Origin: Azolla caroliniana
Taxonomy: Eukaryota; Plantae; Polypodiophyta
Direction: 5' to 3'
Assembly: GCA_043228905.1 (NCBI GenBank)
Contig: JBHGNT010000007.1
Span: 2,666,001 to 2,730,000 of the forward strand
DNA length: 64,000 nt
The position numbers and the translations under genes were made by a program. Positions 24,639 to 38,743 of the stretch are shown here, piece after piece (the first letter of the stretch is position 1; every line of letters starts with the position of its first letter). The notes beneath the pieces were generated by a model that was given only the letters and a program-made list of their open reading frames with translations, searched no databases and had not been told where the DNA came from.

Positions 24639-27600
24639 ATGAATAGAAGGGTAAGGAGGAAAGTTGTAAAAATTAGGGTCAGCAGGGCTAAAGAATCTCT
24701 ATATGAGGAGGATGAAGAGAACTCTGAATCAGTCATTGTTTCTGTTCCTTACGAGAGAATTGTTGATTGGACTAGCCTTCCTCATGACACCGTTATAGCA
24801 ATTTTCAGCCTTTTGAATTACAGAGACAGAGCTCGATTAACTAGTGTTTGTAAACCATGGAGAGCTCTCGGAGCTTCTCCTTGCCTTTGGAAAACACTAG
24901 ATATGAGAGCGCACGTTCTAGATTTCACTATAGCAACTTATTTGGCCCAAAGATGCTCGAATTTAAGAAGTCTTAGATTTCGCGGTGCTTTGGCTGGATC
25001 AGCCATTATTGCCTTACAAGCAAAGGATTTGAAAGATCTCAATGGGGATAGTTGTAGAGAGCTAACTGATGCCTCTCTATCCATGATTGCTGCAAGACAT
25101 GGAAATTTAGAAAATCTTCAGCTTGGTCCTGATTGTGAAAGAATCACTAGCGATGCTATTCAAGTAGTGGCATTATGTTGTCCGAAATTGAAGAGCCTTC
25201 GACTCATGGGCCTTAGAGATGTTGATGTTGATGCTATCGGAGCTTTAGCAAGACATTGCTCTGACCTTATGGAAGTCGGTTTTCTTGATTGTGCTGTTGT
25301 GGATGAGAATTCACTGTCTTTAGCTACAAATTTGCGCTTTCTATCTTTAGCTGGATTGAGGAATATGCAGTGGAATTCAGCTGCTCAGTCGTTAAGCAAA
25401 CTCCCATCGTTAGTTGCACTCGATGTTTCTCGCACTGAAATCACACCTATTGCTGCCAATCGTTTTCTAGCAATGGAAAGCTTGAAAGTATTATGTGCTT
25501 TGAACTGTCCTATCATGGAAGAAGGGAGTGGATCAATCTTCTTCTCTCCAAAGAAGATCCTACTTGCACGGTTTACAGATCTCATGAAAGGACTAGAATC
25601 GCTTGCATCTCAATCTTATTTAAGTAGCAATGAGAGGAATCCGCTGAAATGGAATCAACAAGATAGCAAGCATTGTGATAAGAATTGCCTAGATATGGTG
25701 AATTGGGCAGAATGGGTTCTATCACATTCATTACTTCGAATCGCCGACAGCAACATACCTGGGCTAGATAGCTTCTGGTTAAAACAGGGGACGTCGACGT
25801 TGCTTAACTTAGTCAAGAGTACGCAAGAAGATGTTCAAGAAAGGGCAGCCACTGCGTTAGCCACTTTTGTTGTTACAGACGATGTGAATGCCACAGTAGA
25901 CCCTGCTAGGGCTGAAGCAGTGATGCAGGGAGGTGGGGTCAGAATTCTATTGGATTTAGCAAAGTCACGACGAGAGGGAGTTCAATCTGAGGCTGCAAAG
26001 GTGCTAGTTCTCCCTTCTTCGCTGTGTTGAATTCGTTGTAAAACTGTTTGTTTATTTGCTAGCTTTTTGTTGTGATATTTCAGGCTATAGCAAATCTCTC
26101 AGTGAATGCAGAGGTGGCAAAATCTGTGGCTTCAGAAGGAGGAATCAGCATATTAGCAACATTAGCAAAGTCACCCAATCGTTGGGTGGCTGAGGAGGCA
26201 GCAGGAGGCCTATGGAATCTTTCTGTCGGAGAAGATCATAAGGTGAGTGTCTCTATATATAGGCGTGTTTTGTTAATTTGCGTCAACATGTGTGACAGAG
26301 TCTTACTGAAGTTAAGATTCATGTTTCCAGGGTGCTATTGCTGAGGCAGGAGGCATCAAAGCATTGGTCGAACTGGTTTTTAAATGGCCAAATGGGGGTG
26401 ATGGGGTTCTGGTATGAAATCAGATACATTTTCTTTGAAGTGTGGTAGGTTATGATATGAACTTTAATCCTCAACCGAGTAAAACTTTACATGTAGGAAC
26501 GTGCTGCTGGAGCTCTTGCCAACTTAGCAGCTGATGATAAATGTAGTATGGAGGTGGCTATTGCTGGTGGTGTACATGCATTAGTAACACTTGCCCGGTT
26601 TTGCAAGCATGAAGGCGTACAAGAGCAGGTTTTTATTTTGTCTTGGTGAATTTATATATTGCAATCAAGTTATGCATTGTTATGAAGTTGCTGCCTCAAA
26701 AATCAAAGAAGAGATTATGTATGAATCACTGTGTTATGTGTTGCCTCTTATTTGCAAACCTTGTGATGCATTAACCTTTAGAGGAAAATTAAAGAGACGA
26801 GAACTGGAAGAAAGAAAATTAGATCTAGTTATCCTCTGACTTTCATAGAGGCGGGAATTAATCAAATCGCCACTTTTCACACTCCCGCTGGTTCATCTTG
26901 GAGGAACCGCACTGGAGTAATTCAGAGCTTGTTTTTATCCATACCACACCGTGTTAGCCTGAGTGGCATAATCAAATGCTCAGAGTGATTAAGATTAGTG
27001 TGGAAGATTTCTCTATGACATAGCTTATTTTCACAAGAGTGATTGAGATTTGTGTGGAAGATTTCTCCGTGACATAGGTTATTTTCCTAGTTTAATGGCT
27101 TTACATATTACTCTTTAAGAGTCAATGCTAATACGCAATACGTGCTGGTGACAGGCAGCTCGAGCTGTGGCAAACTTAGCTGCACATGGAGATAGTAATG
27201 GCAACAATGCTGCAGTTGGGCAGGAACCTGGTGCCCTTGAAGCATTAGTACGATTAACATCCTCTCAGAGTGAAGGTGTTAGGTAATAAGTTTGATTCAA
27301 GTTGCTCTAATTAGATATACTTTTTTCTATTGTACTAATGATTGCATTGCTGGAATTCAGACAGGAAGCTGCTGGGGCTCTTTGGAATCTGTCATTCGAT
27401 GATAGAAATCGAGAGGCAATAGCAGCCGCGGGTGGTGTTGAAGCATTGGTAGGCTACCAATTCGTTCTGCTAATTGTCTCTATCATTAATTTCCTTAAAA
27501 ACTATACCAAAAATTTAATGGGTGTTTTACAGGTTGCACTCGCACAAAGTTGCAGCACTGGTTCTCATGGTCTGCAGGAAAGAGCTGCTGGAGCCCTCTG

Positions 27601-30600
27601 GGGCCTATCAGTATCTGAAGCAAACAGGTGAGGTGTTCATGATTACTGCACACTATGTTACCTCTCTTTAAGGTGCACTACATGAACATGTCTAAGACAC
27701 TTAATTGTGTTTTTTATTTTCAGCATAGCAATCGGGCGTGAGGGTGGGATTGCACCTTTAATAACCCTTGCTTATTCAGAGGCAGAGGCAAGTGGGCTTA
27801 CTAGTTGTGTTGTATCATCAATCTCTCATTGCTCTTTCAGATGCACATGTCATTAAGCACCAAGTCGATGCTATATCAACTTCTTAACATGTTGTTCCAT
27901 GTTTGGAATGTCTTTCCAGGACGTACATGAAACTGCAGCAGGTGCTTTATGGAATCTGGCATTCAATTCTGGGAATGCTTGGCGTATTGTTGAAGAAGGG
28001 GGAGTCCGTGCCCTTGTACACCTGTGCTCTTCCTCAGGGTCAAAGATGGCTCGTTTCATGGCTGCTCTTGCTCTTGCGTATATGTTTGATGGAAGGTACT
28101 AAGACGATTGCTTTGTGAGCATATTTTTCTATCATATCTAACATTTTTGCAATGATAGTTATATTTAATGGTCATAAAGTTGTATATAGTTCTTTAATGC
28201 TTCATAGTTTTATAATGATTGTATCTAAACATTGTAAAATATACCAAATACCAAAGTATATAGAAAAGATTATAAAATGACATGAGGATAGCTATTTCCT
28301 CATTGATTGCTATAACATGGAAACAAGTCCTTATTACACCCCAAACCACTAAAGTGGGTGATGAGAGCCTGCAAAATGCATCTATCTAATCTCCGAGAGG
28401 CTGGAATGTGAATGTTGGGGTTCTACAAGTTTGTAGGTTCATTTAGCATCACCTCTTTCTGAAATCCATCTTTGACAATTATGTGTATTAAAATGTTGTG
28501 TTCAAGGTAGAGGTTCATGTATGTAAAAAGTCTTTAATAAGTCATTGTGTGGAACCTCCATGACACTGTTTAGATCCTTTGTTTCACTCTTAATGGATTT
28601 ACCATTGGATGCATGAAGTGTGGTCTCTGAGGTTGTGAGGGATACCGCCACCATGTCAGGCTATCTATTGTCATCCACATGTGTTCGAGGTGGATATATC
28701 TATGGGCTATAGAAAAACCAATGTGAAAAGCAATCACACAATACTTACGTTCTTGTGTCTTTGAAAAATGTCCAATGTAGCTTCTATGCCAATGTGCAGT
28801 GATGGAAAGGGTGAGGTTTGTCACATTCCTTTTCGGTAAAGGATATTAAGTTTTCTTGATTCTTGAGAAAACTCTTCCAAAGGGAGCAGTAAATGTGAGG
28901 ACACGAATAGTCTGGATGACACAACCGTACATGTAGAGTAAGCCCAGTCTAGTGCACTCAAGCATGTTGTTGACAAGCGTAGAGATCACTCTATGGTCTA
29001 AATGTATATGGTGTATCCTCCATTCCTAGATGGCCACACATAGATATGTGTTAGAAATGTTGACAATTGACTAGATAGGCATATAGAGCTACTCTAACAA
29101 AGATATATATGCATCAATAAAAACTTCCTATTACATATGAGAGTAGCTCACAATGGTAATCCTCCCATGTGCTAACACCTTAAGCATAGATGGGATCTGG
29201 ACTAGTCAACCATAGAGTTGGTTGACACAGATAATAGTCACAGCAGCTGTGTAAGAGAATGAGAGTGGATGTTTATGTTCTGCATTTGTGCTTATTGTCA
29301 CATTAAATTTGCAAGAGTCAGTTGATAGTAGTGGGGATATTCCTTTTCTGTTAACTGATGTGTCATTTAATATGACCTAGCTGCCTAGATACAAGCTAGT
29401 GCCAGATAATACATATCTTAAAGTCAATGGCAACTACTTCAAGACTAAGTACATCTTAACTTGCCAATAGAGAATATTCTTCTAGTCCACCTGGCTAGTC
29501 AATACCATTACCCTACTCCCCTCTTTCCTAAACACATTTTGTCCTACTCATCTATGGTTTCCAAAATTGATACCTCATCGACTCATATGGTTGGGTTGCA
29601 CAACAACTACTACTCATTAGGGGTTATCACAAAATGTGCACTCTAAGAATACATGTGGGGATGAACTGACAACTTGGGGGTTGATAATTGATTATATCTA
29701 ACAATATGCATGGGCCAGGACATATATTGGATGATTGGGAGGTTGATACTTGCCATATCTCTCGTCTGTATCCGAGCTACATAGGTAGACTACCTCTATA
29801 GATGTGATTGCAAGCATTATGCGCGGAGGTACAATGTGAAAGTATTGCCTTTATATATCATATAAGAGCCTTAAGAGGTCTGACAACTTATTATTTGTAG
29901 TTCATGAGGTTTCCTTACTGAAGTTATGGTGTAGTGGTAAAGCTTGTGGTTTGCTAATTGCAGCATTAAAAGTGTGGGTTCAAATCTTGAGCAATGGGTT
30001 TTATCCTGTGTTCATTTGGGTTTGAAGTCATGCACACTTAAACATCTGGTCCTATATAGCTCATATAAGAGCAGTGAGAGGTTCTGATCAATTACGAATA
30101 GCAGATCATGAGGTTACCTTATACCAAAACTCAAATATATTAACATGGTATAGTGGTAAGGCCTGTGGTTTGCTAATTGCAGCATTAAGAGTGTGGGTTC
30201 AAATCTTGAGCAATGGATTGATCCTCCTGTGTTTACTATAAGAAGTTTTCATCATTTGGATTCTAAATCATGCATACTAACCATCTGGTCCCAAGATATT
30301 GTGTGTATAAGTAGCAATGGACCTGGTTTCAGCTCAAACTGAACTGAACCGAAAAACCGTGGCTTAACGGTTTATAGGTTCAAAGATAAATAAACAGTTT
30401 GGTTTGGTTTCAAATGTTACTAAATCGGTTTCGGTTTGGTTTTGAATTTACCGGTTTACCGGTTTATTGGCTTATCGGTTTTTGTTTATGTGGTTCGGTT
30501 TAAAGGTTTATAGGTTTATTGGTTAAAAAATACTCAAAAATATTCTCTATAGGCTCTAACTTTCAGCATTTAATTTTAAACTCTTGTTTTAACTTATTAA

Positions 30601-32364
30601 ATTTTATATGTATTATATGTAGAGTTTCCTTTTCATTTATGATGATCAATTATGATAAGTATGATGATCAAATTTATGATAAGTATAATGATCAATTTTA
30701 TGATAAGTATGATGACAAATTTTATGATAAGTATGATGACAAAATTGATGATGAGTATGATGAATAAATTTATGATGATTTTCTCACACAAATTTATAAT
30801 AAGTATGATGATTAATATCAATAAAAAATGGTTTGGTTTGGTTTTAAATTTTTCGTAAACGGTTTGGTTTCTCCTATTCTTTAAACGGTTTGGTTTAATG
30901 GTTTGGCTCTAAACGGTTCAGTTTAAATGGCTTCATAAATTTTAAAACAGTTTGGTTCGGTTTTTATTATTAATAAATGGTTTCGTTTGGCTTCAAGGCC
31001 AAGAAACCAAACCGAACCGAAACCGAACCGGGCCCATTGCTATGTATAAGATCAAAGTCAACATTTTTCTCCATCGCATGAGTAAAAATGATAACATCTA
31101 TTTAAAAGGCAATGCTATTGTGTAAAGGGTATTGGCGTTTGTCTAACTAGAAAATGGAAAACCCTGGCTATGTCTTAAAACAGTAGTGGTTCATGTATCT
31201 ACATGTGAACAAATTCTGCTGATTCATAGAGCTGGAATGATGAGTAACAAATGCCAGCTTATTATGAACTATTTTCCATATGAGTTTATTATATGATTAA
31301 TTGAATTGTAGTGATGTCTCAAAAACTGCAAAACTATGGTATGTTGAATCCAGTGGAAAGTTCATAGGGAGTCGAGAAGAATGTAATTGTGAGTCATCTG
31401 AAGTAAGAACAAGGTATACAGATGAATTATATAACTAATTTGATTATTTTTAGGATGGACGGAGTTGCATTAGGTGCAACATTTTGTGAAAGTGTCTCTA
31501 AAAGTGGTGGCTTGGATGGAGCAAGGAGACTTGCACTGCGTCATATAGAGTCATTTATTCAAGCATTTTCAGACCAACAAGCCCTTGCAACGGCTTCCTC
31601 TACATGGGCACCTGCTGCATTAATGGCGGTGGCTGATGCTGCCCGAATCCAGGAAGCTGGACACCTTCGATGCAGGTATAAGCTACATTTACAATGCATT
31701 ATTTGCATTCTTGATGATGTTAGCATTGTTTCAGCATTTGATTCTTGATAATTTTTAGTGGTGCCGAGATTGGGCGATTTGTTGCCATGCTCAAGAATGG
31801 ATCACCAGTTCTACGGGCATGTGCATCCTTCGCAATCCTTCAGGTGAGCTTTTGTAGATACCTGTTCCAATGAGTTGGTGTTCTCATAGTTTTAAGAGCT
31901 AGTTTATTTGATAAGGTTTTGAGGTTAAAGATTCTCATGTTACTTTTTTGCTTAAATAGTGACAGTAAGATTTTTTGAAAAAAGAAAAATAAAGTCACCC
32001 AGTTTTCTTTAAATACCAATCTCACCAAAAGCATTTACAATAATTTGTAAGCAGTTTTTAGAGATATATCTATTCTACACAATTTGTGGGGCATCACTCC
32101 ATATCATACTTTTCTAATGAGAGATTGTGTAATCATACATTCTTTAAGTTCTTGTCCACATATATATGTATTTGGCAGTTTACGATGGAAGGGGGGAGGC
32201 ATGCTGTTCACCATGCAAGCCTTCTTCATAAGGCAGGTGCTGGGAGAGTCCTTCGTGCAGCTTCTGCAGCAGCAAGTGCACCGGCGACTGCTCAGCTTCA
32301 AGCGAAAGTGTTTGCACGAATTGTCCTTCGCAACCTTGAGCATTGTCCAGCAGCTATCACCTAG
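24639..32364 (+). CDS. ARABIDILLO: ARABIDILLO-like F-box / LRR / armadillo-repeat protein, 925 aa, 12 coding exons
   Basis: N-terminal basic NLS MNRRVRRK, F-box DWTSLPHDTV, LRRs and ARM repeats (QERAATALATF, EEAAGGLWNLS, QEAAGALWNLSFDDRNREAIA). Exons: 24639-26000, 26084-26242, 26331-26411, 26497-26628, 27155-27282, 27361-27448, 27533-27627, 27724-27787, 27920-28095, 31454-31675, 31759-31843, 32179-32364; total 2778 nt, in frame. Confidence 0.93.
29850..30292 (+). repeat. Tandem pair (about 205-220 bp units) of tRNA-derived SINE-like sequences in intron 9
   Basis: A-box TGGTGTAGTGG (29927) / TGGTATAGTGG (30146) and B-box GGTTCAAATCT (29977, 30196). Confidence 0.55.
30312..31042. mobile_element. 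hAT-type MITE in ARABIDILLO intron 9
   Basis: Perfect 8-bp TSD TGTATAAG (30304-30311, 31043-31050); TIR TAGCAATGG / CCATTGCTA; AACCG subterminal repeats; internal 24-bp GATAAGTATGATGA tandem array at about 30650-30780. Confidence 0.9.
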
Positions 32365-35199
32365 TTCTTCTTCATGCCCACCACTAACTAACTCTTTCAC
32401 GAGAACGTGAAAAGGCATTTCCAGGTTCATTTCTTTTTTCTTTTTCTTCCCAATGTTATGATGATTATGCACCATCGATTAGTCTTGCTTGAATCTTAGA
32501 TGTACGGATGTCTTAACCATAGCTTTTATCTGGTTTATGAATGGAGGCTTAGGCTTGAAAAAATCACTTCTTCCTGGAAGAAACTCTCGTTGGTAGATTA
32601 TTAACCCAATAGCAAAGCTGGAGGGTATGTGAGATTTTTTTTTAACATTTAACGTGATAAAAAGATAGTTAGGTATGATTTTGAAAGGCTAGGATATTTT
32701 TTGTATTACAGCCATATATGGTTCTGTATTGTTATCTCTATAAAGGAGACTTATGTAGTCTGGTTTGGTCATCATCTGTAACAATACATATTATTGTTAT
32801 TCCTACTGTTACTATTTTGCTGACTCGTGTACTCAGCCTTGTTATTTCTCTGTAAAAGCTCTTGGTGGGGGAAAAACACTTGTCACCAAACACTTGTCAC
32901 CATAAAGAAATCATGGACTTCTTGAAGATTATGTGAAGCACATCTATATTGTCTGTTAAGTGAGCCATATGTGGTTCACAGATCATGCACTGGCAAATAG
33001 TGTTCATGCAAATGTTAATCTAATGGAATGCTATGTTATAAATGCTCATTGGGTATTCAATGAGAAATATTACGATGTATTATGCTTGGTATGAGAAGTA
33101 GATACATACAAAGGAATATATGTGACTTCATAATGCTTGAAAGAGTTGCACTTGTCTTTTTTACTTATTGATACACATAAGAACTCCAAGACATGGCATC
33201 AAAGCTTGGACTAAAGCTTACAAATTGAAAAAGCTCCAACAGAGGGCATGTGTGGACAAAGAAATACCAAGCGTGTGGCATATGTTGACAAAAAACTTGA
33301 CTAACATGGAAATGTGTGCCCTAAGTACTTGTTTTTTGTAAGTTTTTTCATAGTAAAGACGGAGGAAAATGAAAGAAGTACAAAGAATAATAGGAAAAGT
33401 AGGAGAGTATGATAATGAGATAAAAGAGTTTCTTGAGTTTGTTTATGGGAATGTCTGGAGATGTATTAAACCATAATGGTTGGCAATTATGTGATGGTTG
33501 ACCTTAATACAGGAATAAAATGATGGTACTTTTAGGATAACTGCTTAGGTATATCGTTGAGATGAAATAATTTAAAAAATTTCCTGGATTGTAGTTCTTA
33601 GAGTTGTAGTTGGTACAAACAATATAAAAAATTACTAGAATCTAGGATTCAAGGTAAGTTGGTATACAAAATTTCTCATAGTTTCCTTGCAAGGCATCTG
33701 AAAGATGAAAGAAAATGATATTGTGATCCCTCTCCCCTAACATTTATGAAGGTTGTTTGGTCTAACTTATTGGCCAAATCCAAAGTTCAAACAAAATCAT
33801 GTTAGCAAACAATGGACACGGTTTCACTTGCAATAGAGGTGAGTGAGAAAGGGTTTGAGTCACAACCAATGAGTTTAAAGGATCAAGCAAATAGACAACG
33901 GCTCATCTCCAAATGATGGATTCAACTCTTCACAGCAAAAGGGCAACAAATGTTATTATGGTAAGTGAATTACACTAGAAATGGTCTATAACAGACATAT
34001 GCTCCAAAATATTAAAGTTTATGAAAATGATTTGAGGGGAGTCTATGGCTTCCTTTTTCCATAGTTATGAAGATTCATTTTCAAACCACATAACCGGTCG
34101 AACTCTAGTAGTGTTAATGAATGGTTAAGTCACATGAAACTATTGAATGCTCAAAGATTTGCTTTTGAGTGTAGTAGTTAATGTTCTCCTGATTTTGATT
34201 GTTGAATTTGAGCAATTAACATAAAAGTTAATAGGAATTGATTGGATGTGATCAAGGTTAGCGAGACCTCATTAGTGTTTGATCGTCATGAATTAGGTGT
34301 GGTTAGCATTTTATTGTGGTAATTAATGATATTCTATCACAATCAATCAAATATGCTATCTACTTCACACCCAACTTTGTGTCTGTCACACATCTATATG
34401 TGATTATTGCTCAATCTAAAATCAAAACTCTTCTCTCTCATGTGTGATAACTCATATGGTTGAGTTAGAGAGGACGATAGTAGAGATGATCATGATGATC
34501 TATTAGTGCCACTAGGGATCTAATAAACCAATCGGAATTGTCGTTGGCCTTTCTTTGCCAATTCATGAGTTAGGACTATGTAGTATAGCTTAACCTAACA
34601 AGAAAAAAACTTGAATTCCACATTGTGCAAAATAGCCACTTCTAGATACAACTCTTTAATATATGTGAAGGTTAGATGAGCTAACCTTACTTGAAAGTCT
34701 TTCTACTCTCCACATTGTCCAACAAGTGTGTTAGGACACACTCGTGATCCTCTATCTTGAACGACCTGACTTGAAATCCTTAGCTACAACGTCATTGTAA
34801 TAAGGAACACTTACTCAACCTCAGTATTAAAAGGAAGACTACTTGAATGATAACATCTTTGTGTTGCTTACATTGGTTAGACCACTAGACACAAATTAGA
34901 GTAGAAACATCCACATGAAATTATTTAAAGTAGAGACAAAGGCAATATATATTACAAAATTTATACCTTTTCAAATCCTTAATTATGCATAATCTCACTC
35001 TCTCTATGATCATGATGCAAACCTGCACACTTCAAGTGGATTTTGTGATCCCACCATTTGGCTTTAAATTATTATTTCTTGGTTCCATGATGAAGAGCCA
35101 CTATCCTCGCAAATTAGTCTTGACTCCTACCCCATCTATGTTTCCTATTTTATGCAATGTGGCATTCTAGGTATTCTCTATGTTAAATTATAGTCTGTA

Positions 35200-36820
35200 G
35201 GTGTGTGTGGTAATGGCTACATACGTAAATAACCAAAAAGGTTTTAACCAAATTCTTGTAGTGTTTTTTATTGTTGAATAGAGAAGTGATTTATGTGTGC
35301 CGACACAGTGTCTCTTTACCGCTCTCTCACTCTCCTCTTGCTTCATGGCTTCTTCATTCTTCCATTGTGCTTCTATTTAAACGTTAAGATCTAAACAATC
35401 TGTTGTAGCAATGCATTGCTCTTCCCATCATACAACAATTGGTATCAAGGCGGAAGTTGTGGGCGAAATCCATCTATTGTTCTATGTTGCAGCTCAGACA
35501 AGATCTTTGAAGCCAATTTCAAAAATCTATTTATGGTTTTTTTTTCGATGCGCGTTTGTATTTAAGCTTGCGTATGTGGTTCTTGCGTTTGGTGTGCCTC
35601 TGTCATTGAACTCGGCCATTGGTTTCGAGTATTAGACTCAACTGATATAGAGTACTAGAGACATTTTCAAGTATGACATCGATATCAAAATCAATGACCA
35701 TGTGTCTAAGGAAGTTTGATGCATCGAACTTTAACTTCTAGAATGAGCAACTATAGGATTAACTTGTCGTGAAAGGACATATAGACCGAAAATGAATTGG
35801 CTCTATCAAGTATGAAGCAGCAAAATGGTCTACCCCAATAAGCTAGCTACAACCACCTTCGAAGGCATTACAACTTTTGAATGCAAGAATCCAACTCGAT
35901 TGTTGGCCACTTAAACGTCTCCAAAGGCATTGTTGCTTTAGGGGATGAAGTTTAATGAAGAACTACATGCTCTACTCCAGATGTCCACTGACATTGATGG
36001 AATTTTTTGTGCACGATCTACAAATGAATCACGACCAACTTGACTTATGTTGCAGTCACTAGTGCAAGCTTATCCGATGTCACCCTACGTAAAATGTTCT
36101 CACAAAGGTCAATTGGTGAAGCCTATAACATGCAAACTTTAATCAACCAACTAACAACACAATAGAAGCCAAAGGTCTTCTTGAGGCCCAACCAATTCAA
36201 AGAGCTAAAGCCACTTGCAAGACTCTCAAACTTGTAATTACGGCAAGAAGCCCAAGTGTCAATGCTTGAAGGCTAAGAACACAAATCTCATACATCTTGG
36301 AAATCCGATAATTGAGGCAACCACATAGAAGACGTGAATCATGTTGCTTCAACCTTTGTTGGCAAAACTAGATTCTTAACAATATGGTGGTTAATCAACA
36401 ACGAGAACCTCATACATGCTCAAGGACCCAAGGTACACGCCTTGTATCTTGTATATGTCACTTAACGGGAGAGTGAACTTTCTTTTACCGATCTCTCATG
36501 CACGTTAACAAAACCAGCATAAGCCAAGTACATTCCTCAACTTTCCTATTTGACCATTAGTTTTGTGAGCATTGCTAGTACGACAAACATTCAACTTCAC
36601 CTTACCTTGCTAGCACGCCAAGAGAATCAAAACCTCTCAATTTGGTCCATTCAAATGTCTATGGACCTATGTTGCATTACTCTCTTCATATTCACTCATA
36701 CTTTGTGATGTTTACCTATTATGCTATTTAGAACTTGTGGACCTATCCGATATGGATCACAAGCAAAGTCTTTGTCATCCTTTAATTGTGCTTTGCAATG
36801 GTTGAGAATCAAATGGTGTC
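35200..36820 (+). mobile_element. Old, heavily degenerate copia: LTR, PBS and gag/integrase remnants
   Basis: TGGTATCAAGGC at about 35440 after ...TACAACA; KFDASNFNF-like gag start; NLVHSNVYGP integrase remnant; LTR similar to 41274-41530 in reverse complement. Boundaries approximate. Confidence 0.6.
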
Positions 36821-37150
36821 GTGATGTGGCATGCTTGAAGATAGAAAATGGCAAAATTTGCGAATAAAGGATAGTCCTAAAATTGTAAGTACGTTTTGAA
36901 GAAAATAAAGTTAAGATTAGGCTTAGTGGTTAGTGCCATCCATTATGTATAAGGAGTGTAGAGTGTGAATCTTTGCTAGTATGAATAAAGGAACTATGCT
37001 TTAACTTTTGTATTTTTTAATGCAAAGGGGAATAGTATGGATTACTCTTTTAGAGTTTTTTTTTTTCATTTCTGAAGTCAACTTTTGGGGGGAAGGAGCT
37101 CTTCATTTCGAAATTTTGGAGGATTTTGAGTTAAGATATACCTTCATTAC

Positions 37151-37187
37151 AATAACGAATCAGATGGATTCTGTGCAGCGAAAGAAC

Positions 37188-37256
<69 letters not shown>

Positions 37257-38703
37257 CTCAAGATTACAGAAAAATAAAAAATTGTATTAATAAGGAAACA
37301 AGAATGACCAACAGTTACAAAGAGAAGGAGAAGGTGCTTATGAGCCACCTTCTCTCTAAGTTCTCTCACTACTATTGCCTCTTGGGAAAGAATATGTATC
37401 TAGGATATTAACTTCTATGACACAGTAGTTACTATACAAGGAGGTGAGGTGGTTACACACTCCTAGAGTGTGTTCCCACACACGGGAAGTTGAGTTTGAT
37501 TCTCAACACACCCCTTCAAACACAACTTCCGATCGTCGAATGGTTGGTTCAGATTGGTCTTCGGTTGGCTTTGGCTTCGAATGGCTTCGAATGGCCGGTT
37601 CACTCTTCTTGCTCCTTACCCCCCCTCAAGCTCGGCTGGTTGACGGTCGAAAGAGCCAGGTTTGTCGTGATTTGCCGCAGTTGGTAGACTCTCGAGGCCT
37701 TGGTGAAGATGTCGACCATATGCAAATTCGTGTTGATGTGTTGTAGGTCGACATCTCCGGCCAGAACACGTTCTTGGATGAAATGGTAGTGCACCTCAAT
37801 GTGCTTAGTCCGAGCATGGAGGACTGGGTTCTAAGCGAGGTGAATATTGCTCATGTTGTCGCAGTAGAGGAGAATTAGACCCTTGATGGGAACACCCAGA
37901 TTCTTCAAGATTCTCTTGAACCAAACAGCTTCACATGCGGCGATGGTCGGGCCCCTGTATTCGGCTTCAGTGCTCGATTGTTTGGCCGAATTTACCACAG
38001 TATCCGCACTGGGCGGGATCATTGTTTTGTTGGTTGGGTCCGGCATGATTGCTCTCCCTTCTTCTGGACGCTCCACCTCATGCGTTCAAAGCGTCTTCTC
38101 GGTAGTAGAAGTTATGTTCTTGGAGTTGCTCTTGGTTGTGTTGGCCTTGTCCGAATCAACCTCTTCTTCCACAACCTTGTCCTCTTCCTCCATCAAAGTT
38201 CAAATAGAGCATGTGTCCTTCTTGCGCATTGCTTCTTGTTCGAACATGGTTCTCCTCGACCAACAACATCGACTGTAGATCGAAGAAAGAGGGAGGATTC
38301 TCCCTTGCGAGGACTGCCGACTGAATGGCTCCAAACTGAGGTGTTAAGCCTCCGAAGCAAATCTGCACCATTTCATCGTCGTCAATGCTAACATTGATCG
38401 ACCTGAGAGCATCGCACAGCTCCTTGATCTTCATGGTGTAGTTTTTGATTGATATGTCCCTCTATTGTATACCGTTCAACTCTTGACGGAGTTGAAGCTT
38501 TCTTGCGATCCTATTGGGCACGAAAATCTTCTTGAGGTTCCCCCACGCCTCCTTCGGCATTTTGGCCTCTCGTATGTAACCGAGCATGTGATCATGCACG
38601 CATGATGCAAGGCAATACAACACACGACTCGTTCCTTGCTCCCAAGCTGGGTAGTCGACATGTGTTGGGTTGGATTGATTTTTGTTTGCTCCTTCGACAT
38701 AAC
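37151..38703 (-). mobile_element. Deleted copia: 3' LTR 37151-37508, RNase H end fused directly to a gag fragment
   Basis: PPT at 37509-37519; STEAEYRG...CDNMSNIHLA and HYHFIQERV motifs; gag DDDEMVQIC...LLVEENH; junction near 37980. Confidence 0.8.
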
Positions 38704-38743
38704 TCTAATAGCCTTGGCTGACAAGGTATTTGGTGCATCTTGT

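Noticed and set aside
30519-30858. Low-complexity ORFs in ARABIDILLO intron 9
   Set aside because: They arise from the 24-bp tandem array inside the MITE.
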